Of a DNA stretch of 64,000 nucleotides, positions 10,381 to 26,480 are shown one piece after another. The notes below the pieces were generated by a model. That model did not search any database, had not been told where the DNA came from, and saw only the letters and a program-made list of their open reading frames with translations. The DNA is from Octopus vulgaris (taxonomy: Eukaryota): NCBI GenBank assembly GCA_951406725.2, contig OX597841.1:22382001-22446000 (forward strand), in the 5' to 3' direction. Within the stretch, counting starts at the first letter, position 1, and each line of letters starts with the position of its first letter. A program made the translations under genes and the position numbers.

Positions 10381-10788
10381 GTATTTACGACTGAAAATTG
10401 GTCGCCAGGGTCGTTGAACTTGTAGTTCGAATCATTGACTAATCGCAGATCCTTTTATTTTCAAGAAATTTTCCCTCAACTTTCAACCCGACTGTAATTC
10501 AGGAAGGTCAATAAGATATCTGGATGATGTTTCGTCTTTAACAATCAATATTCTTTTCTCTGTTGCATTCTCCGTCTGAGATTACTTGACTTAGTCAAGA
10601 AGCGATGGATAATCTTTTATTCTGGGTATTTTTTATTTAGTCAATCTTCATTAATTTCACATCATTTGCATTTTTTTCTCTGAAACTAAGCGCTCAATGT
10701 ATTTATGTGTGTTTGTGCATATATATATATAGTATTATTATATGTAGAAAAATACAAACTTGGACAAGAACGCAAAACACTTAGAAAA

Positions 10789-10819
<31 letters not shown>

Positions 10820-10822
<3 letters not shown>

Positions 10823-11132
10823 GAAATCGAAATTGAACCAATCCTATGACTGGCATCTGGCAGATGCCAGGACCCCTGGACTGGAGATACGTGAAAAGCA
10901 CTATCCGAATCGTGGCCGATGCCAGCCTCGCCTGCCTCCAGTGCAGGTGGCACGTAAAAAGCACCCACTGCAATCACGGAGTGGTTGGCATTAGGAAGGG
11001 CATCAAGCTGTAGAAACATTGCCAGATAAGACCGGAGCCTGGGGCAGCCTTCTGACTTCCCAGATCCCCGGTCGAACCGTCCAACCCATGCTAGCATGGA
11101 GAACGGACGTTAAACGATGATGATGATGATGA
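10820..11132 (+). mobile_element. SINE family D, (GAT)n tail
   Basis: GGTTGGCATTAGGAAGGGCATC core (resembles the Meta-SINE domain) and tail GGACGTTAAAC(GAT)n. Other copies at ~16505, 24500(-), 25400, 26065, 36750, 42845, 45830 and 63121(-). Confidence 0.7.
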
Positions 11133-11702
11133 TATATATATATATAAACCAGCTTAGTGAAGAAGAAGAAACCAAACCAAACCAAACTGATCGAATCGAC
11201 GCAAAGGCACTCAGTCATACAATAGTGTAATAAATAAAATATATGCATACATACAAAGATATATGTACGTACCTACATCTACATGTATATATACATGCAT
11301 ATATAAGTATATATACGTGAGTACAGGACACCATTTTTTTAACAACAAAAAAACAGAGTACAAGACAACTACACAAAGAAAAATCCCCTTCAGCAGCTGT
11401 CCCTAGTTCAACTCTAGCTTGTTTCGAAGGTGAGGACAGAACACGTCTCGTCGAACTAGTCCTTCCTGCGAAAGAATTAAATAAAATATACACACACATA
11501 TATATGTGTGCGTGCGTGTATCATTTTTTGTTGGCCCATCAACATTTAACAACCAGTATTGGTGTGTTTATATCCCCGTAACTTAGTGGTTTAGCAAAAG
11601 AGATTGATAGAATAGGTATCAGGCTCATAAAATTTGATTGACTAAAGCCCTTTAAAGTGATGCTCCAACATGGTAAATTTTAATATGTAGAACTTACCTC
11701 TA

Positions 11703-11971
11703 TGGAAATGTTGAATCTGTATTTTTTTAAGTAGCCTCTATATCTTACACTGTTGTTTCTTTATTATTTCAGAATATCAGATGACATTGGCATAACTGAA
11801 GATACATTCTCATTATTTATCATCTTTTAAAGACCAAAATGAAAATATTGTACAGAACAGATATATAAGATTGTTTCTATAAATCTATGGCAGAATTCCT
11901 CTGATATATTTACTCTGAATTGTGTTATTAGCAAACCTTCTGGACATCACTGGCTGAAGTGTCTACAAGAT
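11703..11971 (+). promoter_or_regulatory. Conserved acceptor/5'UTR block of ZNF gene 2
   Basis: AG at 11771-11772; uORFs MTLA* and MKILYRTDI* intact. Confidence 0.75.
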
Positions 11972-12178
11972 GTGTCTCTTTGCAAATTAAACTTGGATAA
12001 ATTTACTAACGAGTTTTGGGACAAAGGTAACACTGGACAGAAATACAGCAGTCGAAATACTTGCAAACAAAAGACTATAGAAGTACAAAGAAGAAGACAT
12101 ATATATATATATATATATATTGTGAATTTTGAAGAATAACAGTGGGAAACTAAAGGATTTGACTTCTCCAGAAGATAA

Positions 12179-14288
<2,110 letters not shown>

Positions 14289-15261
14289 GAAAAGCCTTCT
14301 CTCTGAAAATGGTGACTAGACCCTTTATATTGAAGGTTACTCTTTCGAATGTGATGTTTGTTTATTCACGTTATTTTCAATTTGTCATACATTCACAGCA
14401 AATTACCACACAGCCACTCCTGCATCTATGTGTGTATTTTCAGAATGACATTGTTGGGTAGGTGTAAGAAGCCGACTCTGATTAGGTAGGATATTAAATC
14501 AAATATGGCTGGTTTAAATGCTAAAGAGTGGACACTAGAAGTACCAATATTTCTTTCCTCTTACAAAGACCATAACAGTAATTTTTGACTGTCATTGAAA
14601 ATCTTTATTTAATACAATTTATTTTAAATATCAGCAAATGCAGTGAATAAAGGATTTGAAAATACATTCTTTTAGCATTTATTTACATGTGAAAAATATA
14701 TATCTATGCACATATACTTGATATGATGCTCATGATTGCACATTCAATACAGTTGTAGGAATTAAAAAGTAATAAGCAGAATTGGTGAAAAATGACCACT
14801 CGGTACTTCTGGTGTTAACTAAATGTGTATCTATTCATATAGATGTGTGACTATCAATGTGACAATTCATAAGAACAATAAGCATTTTGAGCTCCTCCTA
14901 AATTGGTGGTAGTGTTCTGGGCTTTCTCCATGGCATTAACTAAGCTACTCATCAGAGAATTGCTGTAATTGTCAAAGTTCCTAGTATGCAAAAAAAAAAG
15001 GGGACACTCTGTAACTATAAATGTATTCACAATCTCCCAACTCTATAGTTTATGTCACCACATCTCAGGTAACTTACCTGTGGGATATTTTTTTCAATAA
15101 AGGCCATTTCCTCCAGATTTTGAATTTGTCTTGCATGAATTTTGTTATGAAACTATTAAAACCAGTAGAGCATGGTTGTGTGGTAAGAAGCTTGCTTCCG
15201 GGCTTATTACGTGGACATGTTTTTGTGCTCCATACTATTAGCGTTGGATTTGTGTTGTTAT

Positions 15262-15303
<42 letters not shown>

Positions 15304-16444
15304 GAATCTTGCATGAAGTGGATTCGATCCACCATAGCCAAATTTAAATCAACACTGCTACAGAACTTTTCCCATGGTGGAACAATGATTTTTCTCCGAC
15401 AGCAGTTTTTACATTTTCCAGATGACTTTAGCTAGGCCGAAATAATGTCTTCACCACTTGACCCTTTCTAACCACTTCTACTTCATAATCTAGAATAGAT
15501 AACAAGACTACCAACTAAATCTATTGTTCTAAATGATATATCTATCCTTTTGGATAGTTATAAAAGCAAGAACATCCCAAGCAAAAATCAGTTAGTCACT
15601 CCGGTGACAGCTCAGTGAGAACGAAGTCTGGCTGACCAGCTAGAACATTGGCCAGAGGGAGGATTGAAGTTTACTGCCAGCAACTATGACACAACGTTCC
15701 ACACCCTACAACTCTCACTATCTCTAATTCTTTTCTCTTACAACATCATTCTATCTCTCTCTGTAATTACTACTAAACAATGAAGAGAACCCAAACTCAA
15801 ACATTCTACCGCATCTAATTTTCGCATGCCTTTGGATATTCAAAACCTGCCCATTGAGGCTAGGTATTTGTAACGTAACGACAAATAAACATTTCCTAAA
15901 AACTTCATGCATTGTCTATCTTTCACATCTTACGGTATGCAATCACAATAGCAATAACTTTTTATCATCATAACTGCGAAAGAGACACAAATAAGAAAGA
16001 AGAAAACAAAGGACCACTGATGAGGTCACAGAAGTGTGACGAAAGAACTCTGGCTGAAATAAGATCAAGATTAATGTAAAAAATAAATAACACCAAATAT
16101 ATAGTGCATGTGTTTTTATTGGCTAAACTGGCAAAATGACCATTCCGAAATATAACAATATTAATAATATTTACCAATCAATAAAAAGCCGTTACATGTA
16201 TCGATAACTGGTGTCTGTGCTAGCGGGGTGCAAAGAGCAACATACGAGTGTGATCATTGACAGAGTGGCTAACCGGCTCCTGTGCCAGTGGCACTTAAAA
16301 GACACCATTCGAGCGTGATCGTTACCAGCATTGCCTTACTGGCACTCGAGCCCCGAAAATTTCATTAAAAATTATCCTTTTTTCTGGCAGTTACGAAGTA
16401 ACAAATCTGAGGTGGGGCTCATTTGTGTAGGAATGCCCTAGTTC

Positions 16445-17002
16445 AGATCTTTCCGGTTTGAATGGCAGTTTTTAACATAATTTCGAGGTAACTAAAAGAT
16501 TTTTGGCGTTAGGAAGGGCATCCAGCTGTAGAAACACTGCCAGATCAGACTGGAGCCTGGTGCAGCCTTCTGGCTTGCCAGATCCCCGGTCGAACCGTCC
16601 AACGCATGCTAGCATGGAGAACGGACGTTAAACGATGATGATGATGTATACTGGTAGAATGTGTTTATAAAACATCTTTTTCTCTTGGCTTTATTGAGAA
16701 AATTATATAGTTTGTAAGATATTTGTTGTTGTTTTCTTCAATTTCTGCAATTTCAACCAATCAATGACGTCTATTGAGATAAAAAAAAACATTCTGTGCC
16801 GTATGAATATGTCCCTCGTTTAAGAAACAGATTGGGTTTATTTACATTTGTGAAGAAAAAAAGATAACCTTTCCCCAACCCCTAACTAACCCTAACCCTA
16901 AAACAGATTGAAATGCAATAGATCGATTCTAGGGTCATAATTATGGGTGACAATTTCATATGACACCGCTAGAAAAAACTGCCGTTCAAACCGAAAAGAT
17001 CC
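16445..17002. mobile_element. MITE family D (duplicated copy of 7974-8529)
   Basis: Same termini, TSD and nested SINE tail. Confidence 0.75.
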
Positions 17003-17148
17003 CCTAATTCCGTTAGGGTCTACTTCGCCTTTCGCTATTTTGGGGTTCCATAAAATAAATACCAGTCGACTACTAGGGTCCAAGTAATCCACTTATGTAC
17101 CACCCCTTCCCCGCAACTGCTGGCCTTGTGCCAAATTTTGAAATTATA

Positions 17149-17305
17149 CGCATGCGCATTAAACACACTTCCGCTTCCATTCATTAGATCAGGAAAAGGC
17201 CGAATTTCTCTTAATTAAATCCCAAACACATTTATAATACATTTCTCTACCACCTGATGCACTCATAACAACAACACCATCCTTTATAAAGACATTTGCG
17301 TAAGT
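17149..17305 (+). promoter_or_regulatory. Putative promoter/exon 1/donor of ZNF gene 3
   Basis: CGCATGCGCA at 17149; GTAAGT at 17300. Confidence 0.65.
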
Positions 17306-18676
17306 ATTAAACAATGAAAACATTTAATCTTTTAATACTTTGTGTTTCTGACACTTTTGGATTTGTGCGTAATTTGGCTGCTATTTCTAGCTATGGCGGC
17401 AACCTCCTACACGCTCCATCGTTTCTTCTTTAAGTTTGTTGTGTGTTTTAGTTGGAGAAATATTCTTAAAATAAACTCCGACCACAGAAATGTTGGCAAA
17501 AAATTATTTACTTTATTCGAAAAATATTATTTAATTTTCTTTGATATGTAGGATCGACTACTTACGACTAGCAAGCGCGAGTGCGCGCACTGGGACCACT
17601 GTTCGCTAGTAGTACCCGTAAATATTATGCAGCGATACCTATAAAATAACAATTCCAAATACGCAGGGAGAAATGAGACTTTACTCATTTTGCCCCGCTT
17701 ACTAATCTTGTCTCCTCTATATGAAGAAACGGACATTCAATAGATTATAATAAAGCATTGGTTTCTCAACATTTCGGCATTCTTTCGATATAACTCGACA
17801 AAAATCAAACCATTTCACTTCGGGTATTTTCCGTGGAAGTAAATGACGGTTCGATTCTGTTTTCTGCTTGGAAATTTGCGGATTTTTATATACACACACG
17901 AAACGGGTAAGAACGAATATGCAAAGCTTCTTTTTGGCGTAACTTCGGTATAGGTACCGGATACATTTCAAGAAAGTGCTTTTTTTTATATATATGGGGT
18001 TTAGGGTGGGAGAAAAGGGCTTCTGTTATCTTCAGAAATGTAAACAAAGCCACGTGTGTACTTATACCGAAGGATCGCCATTGGCGTAACTTCGGTATAA
18101 GTACCGGATACATTTCGAGAAAGTGTTTTTTTTTTTTTTCATATATGGTGTATTAGGGTTAGGGTTAAAAAATTAGGTTATGGGTTAGCGTTAAAATGTC
18201 GTAGGATCGACTATTTACGACTAGCTAGCGCGAGTGCGCGCACCGGGACCATTGTTCGCTAGTAGTACCGTATTTACGACTGAAAATTGGTCGCCAGGGT
18301 CGTTGAACTTGCAGTTCGAATCATTGACTTATCGCAGATCCGTTTATTTTCAAGAAATTTTCCCTCAACTTTCAACCCGACTGTAATTCAGGAAGGTCAA
18401 TAAGATATCTGGATGATGTTTCGTCTTTAACCATCAATATTCTTTTCTCTGTTGCATTCTCCGTCTGACATAACTTGACTTAGTCAAGAAGCGATGGATA
18501 ATCTTTTATTCTGGGTAATTTTTATTTAGTTGATCTTCATTAATTTCACATCATTTGCATTTTTTTCTCTGAAACTAAGCGCTCAATGTATTTATGTGTG
18601 TTTGTGCATATATATATATATATGGTTGGTCAAAGTGATCAAGTGAAGTGATATATATATGTATATGATATATATG

Positions 18677-18736
<60 letters not shown>

Positions 18737-19165
18737 CCTCCTTTCAGTTTCCATCTACCAGCACGTTAACAAAAAAAGGTTAAAACTCACACATACGTGT
18801 AGGCGTAAAACTAACATGCGTATCTACACATATACACACACACACAAGCGCAGACACAAGTATTGGACACAATATTAGCGTTAATGGCAGCAAAGAAGCA
18901 AGTTTGAACTTTTAAATAAGTGCAAAAATAAAAAATATATATATATATATATACACACACATATATATGTGTGTGTGCGTGTATCATTTTTTGTTGGCCC
19001 ATCAACATTTAACCACTAGTATTGGTGTGTTTATATCCCCGTAACCTAGTGGTTTAGCAAAAGAGACTGATAGAATAGGTATAAGGCTCAAAAAATTTGA
19101 TTGACTAAAGCCCTTTAAAGTGATGCTCCAACATGGTAAATTTTAATATGTAGAACTTACCTCTA

Positions 19166-19434
19166 TGGAAATGTTGAATCTGTATTTTTTTAAGTAGCCT
19201 CTATATCTTACACTGTTGTTTCTTTATTGTTTCAGAATATCAGATGACATTGGCATAACTGAAGATACATTCTCATTATTTATCATCTTTTAAAGACCAA
19301 AATGAAAATATTGTACAGAACAGATATATAAGATTGTTTCTATAATTCTGTGGTGGAATTCCTCTGATATATTTACTCTGAAATGTGTTATTAGCAAACC
19401 TTCTGGACATCACTGGCTGGAGTGTCTACAAGAT
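19166..19434 (+). promoter_or_regulatory. Conserved acceptor/5'UTR block of ZNF gene 3
   Basis: AG at 19234-19235; both uORFs intact. Confidence 0.75.
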
Positions 19435-19730
19435 GTGTCTCTTTGCAAATTAAACTTGGATAAATTTACTAACGAGTTTTGGGACAAAGGTAACACTGGA
19501 CAGAAATACAGCAGTCGAAATATATGTAAACAAAAGACTATAGAAGCAAGAAGAAAATATATATATATATATATATTGTGAATTTTGAAGAATAACAGTG
19601 GAAAACTAAAGGATTTGACTTCTCCAGAAGATAAAGGGGAGATAAAAATTGTCACATGACTGATGTCTATAAAAAGGCTTTCTTTTAAAGGAGCAGCTTG
19701 AATAAGCAAAAACGTGTTCATACAGGGAAG

Positions 19731-21491
19731 ATGCCATATTCCTGTAATATCTGCAGTAAATCATTTTCTGGCTGCAGTGCTTTAGCTGACCATAAACGTA
19801 TTCATACAGGAGAGAAACCATATCAGTGTGACGTCTGTAACAAATCTTTCACGGTAAATTGTAACCTAATTAATCACAAACGTATTCATACAGGAGAGAA
19901 GCCTTATCAGTGCAACATCTGTAGCAAATCTTTCTCTCTAGGAAGTACCCTAACGAAGCACAAACGTATTCATACAGGTGAGACACCATATTCCTGTAAT
20001 ATCTGTGGCAAATCGCTCTCAAGCAAAAGCAGTTTAACTTCTCACAAGCGTATTCATACAGGTGAGAAGCCATATCGCTGCAATATCTGTAACAAATCTT
20101 TCTCTCTAAGAAGCACCCTAACTAATCACAAACGTATTCATACAGGAGAGACACCATATTCTTGTGATATCTGTGGTAAATCATTCTCCCGAAATGACAA
20201 CTTAGCTAAGCACAAATATGTCCATACAGGAGAGAAGCCACATCCCTGTGATGTATGTAACAAATCTTTCTCTCTAAGAAGCACCCTAACTAATCACAAG
20301 CGTATTCATACAGGAGAGACACCATATTCTTGTGATATCTGTGGTAAATCATTCTTCCGAAATGACACCTTAGCTAAACATAAATATATCCATACAGGAG
20401 AGAAGCCATTTCACTGTGATGTCTGTAACAAATCTTTCTCTCTAAGAAGTACCCTAACTAATCACAAACGTTTCCATACAGGAGAGAAGCCATTTCGCTG
20501 TGATGTCTTTGATAAATCTTTCTCTCTTAGTAGTACCCTAACTAATCACAAACGTATTCATACAAGAGAGGCACCATATCCTTGTGATATCTGTGGTAAA
20601 TCATTCTTTCAACGTGGCAACTTAGCTACTCATAAACGCTTCCATACAGGAGAGAAGCCATATCACTGTGATATCTGTGGTAAATCATTCACCGTGAGTT
20701 GTAACTTAGTTGAACACAAATATATCCATACAGGAGAGAAGCCATTTCACTGTGATACCTGTGGTAAACTGTTCTCTACAAGTAGTTCCTTGACTGTACA
20801 CAAACGTATTCATACTGGGGAGAAGCCCTATCACTGTGAGATCTGTAGTAAATCATTCTCTAATCGAAGTGCTTTAAATTCACACATACGTGTTCATACA
20901 GGGGAGAAGCCATTTCGGTGTGACATTTGTGGTAAAACATTCTCTCGAAGTAATGACTTAACTGAACACAAACGTATTCATACAGGAGAGAAGCCTTATC
21001 ACTGTGATGTCTGTGGTAAATCATTCTCTAACCGAAGTGATTTAAATTCTCACAAACGTATTCATACAGGAGAAAAACCATATCATTGTGACATCTGTAG
21101 TAAATCATTCTCTGACCGAAGTGCTTTCAATTCACACAAACGTACACATACAGGAGAGAAACCATATTCTTGTAATATCTGTGGTAAATCATTCCCTCGC
21201 AACTGTGCTTTGACCGATCATAAACGTATTCATACAGGAGAGAAGCCACATCACTGTGACATCTGTAACAAATCTTTCTCTGCTCGCAGTAACCTAACTA
21301 CTCATAAACGTCTTCATACAGGAGAAAAGCCATATCCCTGTGATATCTGTGGTCTATCATTTTCTGTAAGTAGTGCTTTAATTAGTCACAAGCGTATTCA
21401 TACAGGAGAGAAGCCATATCCCTGTGATGTCTGTGGCAAATCATTCACTCATCGTAGTGGCATAACTTCTCACAAGCGTATTCATACATGA
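19731..21491 (+). CDS. C2H2 zinc-finger protein (gene 3), 21 fingers (one C>F degenerate); ancestral N-terminus disrupted
   Basis: Open ZF array; first in-frame ATG is in the linker TGKMP at 19731; in-frame TAA upstream near 19686. Confidence 0.8.
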   Translation: MPYSCNICSKSFSGCSALADHKRIHTGEKPYQCDVCNKSFTVNCNLINHKRIHTGEKPYQCNICSKSFSLGSTLTKHKRIHTGETPYSCNICGKSLSSKSSLTSHKRIHTGEKPYRCNICNKSFSLRSTLTNHKRIHTGETPYSCDICGKSFSRNDNLAKHKYVHTGEKPHPCDVCNKSFSLRSTLTNHKRIHTGETPYSCDICGKSFFRNDTLAKHKYIHTGEKPFHCDVCNKSFSLRSTLTNHKRFHTGEKPFRCDVFDKSFSLSSTLTNHKRIHTREAPYPCDICGKSFFQRGNLATHKRFHTGEKPYHCDICGKSFTVSCNLVEHKYIHTGEKPFHCDTCGKLFSTSSSLTVHKRIHTGEKPYHCEICSKSFSNRSALNSHIRVHTGEKPFRCDICGKTFSRSNDLTEHKRIHTGEKPYHCDVCGKSFSNRSDLNSHKRIHTGEKPYHCDICSKSFSDRSAFNSHKRTHTGEKPYSCNICGKSFPRNCALTDHKRIHTGEKPHHCDICNKSFSARSNLTTHKRLHTGEKPYPCDICGLSFSVSSALISHKRIHTGEKPYPCDVCGKSFTHRSGITSHKRIHT

Positions 21492-22695
21492 GAAAAGCCT
21501 TTTCTCTGTAAATGGTGACTAGACCCTTTATATTGAAGGTTTTTCTCTCGAATGTGATGTTTGTTTATTGGCATTATTTTCAATTTGTCATACATTCACA
21601 GCTGTCAAAGTTTGCTGTTGTAATTTTACCCGTTACTTACTTGTTTGTCATTTGACTGCGGCCGTGCTCGGGCACCTTCTTTAGTCAAACAAATCGACCG
21701 CAGGACGTATTCTTTGTAAGCCTTATATTTATTCTATCGATCCCTTTTGCTGAACCACTAAGTTACGGCGATGGAAATACACCAGCATCGGTTGTGAAAT
21801 GATGTTGGGGGGACAAACACACAATCATTTGCTTATATTTAAAATAAATTGTATTAAATAAATATTTTCAATGACACTTAAAAATGACCGCTATGGTCTT
21901 TGTAAAAAGTAAGGAATGTTGATACTTCTAGTGTTAACCATTTACCATTTAAAAACCAGCCATACCCGGACCAAATATTCTACCTATTTTATTTTCAAAC
22001 TAGTCAAACACACACACATATATATATATACGAAGGGCTTCTTTTCAGTTTCCGTCTACCAAATCCACTCACAAGGCTTTGGTCAGCCCAACGCTATAGT
22101 AGAAGACAATTGCCCAAGGTGCCACGCAGTGGGACTGAACCCAGAACCATGTAGTTGGTAAACAAGATGCTTACCACACAGCCACTCCTGCGCCTATGTG
22201 TGTATTTTCAGAATGACATTGTAGGGTAGGTGTGAGAGGTCAACTCTGACTAGTTTGAACATAAAATAGGTAGAATATTCTGGCTGGATATGACCATTTT
22301 AAATTCTAAAGTGTTAACACTACAAATACCAACATTTCGTTCTTCTTACAAGGACCATAGCAGTTATTTTTGGCTGTCATTGAAAATCTTTATTTAAAAT
22401 AATAATAATAATAATAATAATGAAATTATTGCATACAGTGCTCAGGCGCACCACAACTTGTCAAAAGTGCGTATAAAGTATATGCAGTAATGTACAAATG
22501 TCTGGGAAGTGAACAGTGTATGAGTCAGATACATGCTTGTGTGTGTATGGAGGGGAGAAAGATCAGGTGTAGTGTTGGCGAATCTCAGGAAGCATGGAAG
22601 TTTTGAAGGATGCAGTGCTCCGAATTTTAAGTATAAACAAATGCAGTGAATAAAGGATTTGAAAATACATTCTTTTATCATTTATTTACATGTGA

Positions 22696-23851
22696 AAAAT
22701 ATATATCTATGCACATATACTTGATATGATGCTCATGATTGCACATTCAATACAGTTGTAGAAATTAAAAAGTAATTAGCAGAATTGGTGGTAAATGACC
22801 GCTCGGTACTTCTGGTGTTCACTAAATGTGTTTCTATTCATATAGATGTATGACTATCAATGTGACAATTCATAAGAACAATAAGCATTTTGAGCTCCTC
22901 CTAAATTGGTGATAGTGTTCTGGGCTTTCTCCATGGCATTAACCAAGCTACTCATCAGGGAATTGATGTAATTGTGGAAGTTCCTTCTATGACAAAAAAG
23001 TAAATAAATAAGGGACACTCTCTACAACTGTATTCACACAGGAATGGAGAAAGAACTGTGTGTGGTAACAACTTCCCACCTCTATAGTTTGTAAGATAAC
23101 TTACCTGTGGGATATGCTTTTTAAAAACATGAGCTCCTCCTAAAATGGTAGTGTTTTGGGCTTTCTCCATAAAAATATATATCTATGCACATATACTTGA
23201 TATGATGCTCATGATTGCACATTCAATACAGTTGTAGAAACTAAAAAGTAATAAGCAGAATTGGTGAAAAATGACCGCTCGGTACTTCTGGTGTTAACTA
23301 AATGTGTATCTATTCATATAGATGTATGACTATCAATGTGACAATTCATAAGAACAATAAGCATTTTGAGCTCCTCCTAAATTGGTGATAGTGTTCTGGG
23401 TTTTCTCCATGGCAATAACCTAGCTACTCATCAGGGAATTGATGTAATTGTGGAAGTTCCTTCTATGACAAAAAAGTAAATAAATAAGGGACACTCTCTA
23501 CAACTGTATTCACACAGGAATGGAGAAAGAACTGTGTGTGGTAACAACTTCCCACCTCTATAGTTTGTAAGATAACTTACCTGTGGGATATGCTTTTTAA
23601 AAACATGAGCTCCTCCTAAAATGGTAGTGTTGTGGGCTTTCTCCATAAAAATATATATCTATGCACATATACTTGATATGATGCTCATGATTGCTCATTC
23701 AATAGAGTTGTAGAAATTAAAAAGTAATAAGCAGAATTGGTGATAAATGACCGCTCGGTACTTCTGGTGTTCACTAAATGTGTATCTATTCATATAGATG
23801 TGTGACTATCAATGTGACAATTCATAAGAACAATAAGCATTTTGAGCTCCT
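22696..23851 (+). repeat. 476-bp tandem repeat (~2.4 copies) of the ZNF 3' flanking segment
   Basis: Near-identical ORF-track peptides 476 bp apart (22955/23431); homologous single segments downstream of genes 2, 4 and 5. Confidence 0.9.
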
Positions 23852-24029
23852 CATTTTGGAATTGAAACAAAGGACAAGATGTGTTGAATATTGAACCTGA
23901 TGAAGTGGAAGTGAAGAAAAAGGTTCAAAAGATTACAGAACATTGAAGTGGCATGGGATGATGAGGTTACTCTTCCATCCATAGTCATTATAGACCACAT
24001 ACCTGTCTTTGTGTGTGTATATATGTATA

Positions 24030-24440
24030 CTCTTTACTCTCTCTTTTACTTGTTTGAGTCATTTGACTGTGGCCATGCTGGAGCACTGCTTTTAGTCGAG
24101 CAAATCGACCCCAGGACTTATTCTTTGTAAGCCTAAAACTTATTCTATCGGCCTCTTTTTGCTGAACTGCTATATAATGGTATAAATATACCAGCATCGG
24201 TTGTCAAAGTGATGTTTGGGGGACAAACACAGACACACAAACACACATATACATACATATATACATATTTATATACGACAGGCTTCTTTCAGTTTCCGTC
24301 TACCAAATCCACTCACAAGGCTTTGGTTGGCCCGAGGCTATACTAGAAGACACTTGCCTAAGGTGCCATGCAGTGGGAGTGAACCCGGAACTGTGTGGTT
24401 GGTAAGCAAGCTACTTACCACACAGCCACTCCTGCGCCTA
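24030..24440 (-). mobile_element. SINE family A
   Basis: Full-length match to 2566-2974. Further copies at ~21645-22196 (split), 26606-26960, 57410-58003 and 59835-60150. Confidence 0.8.
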
Positions 24441-26261
24441 TGTGTATAAGTAAATATATTACATGTTATGTATATAGGTATTTCCTATATTATATTATCA
24501 TTATTTAATGTCTGCTTTACAGTCTGGTATGGGTTGGACGGCTTGATTGAAAACTGGTAAGCTGGTGGGAATGTACCAGGTTCCAATCTGAATCTGGCAT
24601 GGTTTCAATGGCTGGGTGCCCTTCCTAACGCCAACGACTCTGACAATGTAGGAGGTGTTTTTTACATTCCACTGGCTCAGGTGCCAACGACATGACACTA
24701 GAATCGGTCATGTTCCGGGTTCAATCCCACTGCGTGGCACCTGGGGCAATTGTCTTCTACTATAGCGTTGGGCCGACCAAAGCCTTGTGAGTGGATTTGG
24801 TAGATGGAAACTGAAAAGAAGCCCTTCGTATATATATATATATGTGTGTGTTTGACTAGTTTGAACATAAAATAGGTAGAATATTTGGTCCGGGTATGGC
24901 TGGTTTTTAAATGCTAAATGGTTAACAGTAGAAGTATCAACATTCCTTACTTTTTACTAAGACCATAGCGGTCAATTTTAAGTTCTCGTCTGGCTTCACA
25001 TATCTACACAAGTAGGCTATTATTGCCAAAGGCCTTGGTCGTCTGTCACTACCTCCATAAGGCCCAATGCCCTTAACGGTGCTTTTCATCTGTCACTGCC
25101 ATGGGTGTCAGCCAGGCAGGATTGCCATCGGCTGCAGCTGCGATTTCATTTTGCTCAACAGGTCTTCACAAGCACAGCATATCACCCAATGATTGAACGG
25201 TGCTTTCAACAGGCCAGTTACATGACACAAGGCATCGGCCACAACCACAATCTCACTTGGCTTCATATCACTGCTCCATGAGTTCATGTATATATATATA
25301 TGTATATATATATATATGCACCAGCTTCACATAGAAGCCACAGCCCATCCAAAGTGCCTTGGATTGCAGGACGGCCTGCAGTGCTTACCTTGGATCATAG
25401 GGCGATCTGCTGTACTTGGGGAGACCTATTGAGTCAAGTACGTCAACATCAAAAAATCAAATGGAAATCATAGTTGTGATACCTGTGCCAGTGGCACGTA
25501 AAAAGCACCCATTACACTCACAGTGGTTGGTATTAGGAAGGGCATCCAGCTGTAGAAACACTGCCGGATCAGATTGGAGCCTGGTGCAGCTTCCTGGCTT
25601 CCCAGACTCCCGTTGAATCGTCCAACCCATGCTAGCACGGAAAACGGACGTTAAACGATGATGATGATGATGATTATATACATATATTGAAGGAAAGACA
25701 ATGGAGAAAAATTGGATGCATGAATAATTTATTCGTATGTTATAAAATGATGAAAATTTCTCTTAAAAACATAAAATAGAAATAAATTGATTATAAGTTG
25801 TAAAGCTCAAAAAAATTATAGAACCTATATATATGTTTCAGTACTGGTTGATAAAAAATTCTAAGCATTTGGTTAAATACTAAGAAAGGTATCATATTCT
25901 AAGTATATGGGTAAGAACTTCTTCAGGGTTATTATGAGCTTATAGAACTTAGGTTATCATTTTTCCTTTGAAGTATGCATACACAATATTAATTAGTTTA
26001 AGAAGTGAAATGATGTGTATAGAAAGGGTATCTAGGTGGTGGGTTATAGATATTCATGAATATACTACACTCATGGAGTGGTTGGCGTTAGGAAGGGCAT
26101 CCAGCTGTAGAAACACTGCCAAATCAGACTAGAGGCTGGTGCAGCCCCCATGGCTTACCAGACCCCGGTCGAATCGTCCAACCCATGGAAAACGGACGTT
26201 AAATGACGATGAGGATGATGATACCACATGGTAGAAATTAAATAAAGAAAATATACATAAA

Positions 26262-26480
26262 GAGGCGCAATGGCCTAGTGGTTAGGGCAGCGGACTCGCG
26301 GTCGCAGGATCGCAGTTTCGATTCTCAGACCGGGCGTTGTGTGTGTTTATTGAGCGAAAACACCTAAAAAGCTCTACGAGGCTCCGGCAGGGGGTGGTGG
26401 TGATCCCTGCTGTACTCTTTCACCACAATGGCGGTGCCCCAGCATGGCCACAGCTCAAGAGCTGAAACTGGAAAAACAAA
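26262..26480 (+). mobile_element. tRNA-derived SINE family C
   Basis: GAGGCGCAATGGCCTAGTGGTTAGGGCAGCGGAC...GTTTCGATTC head (A/B boxes); copies at 43224-43513 (+) and 47855-48185 (-). Confidence 0.75.

Noticed and set aside
23095-23130. U1 snRNA (ACTTACCTG)
   Set aside because: Only the 9-mer matches; downstream sequence does not resemble U1.
26262-26340. tRNA gene
   Set aside because: The A/B-box head continues into a SINE body, occurs in three diverged copies and has no proper acceptor stem.
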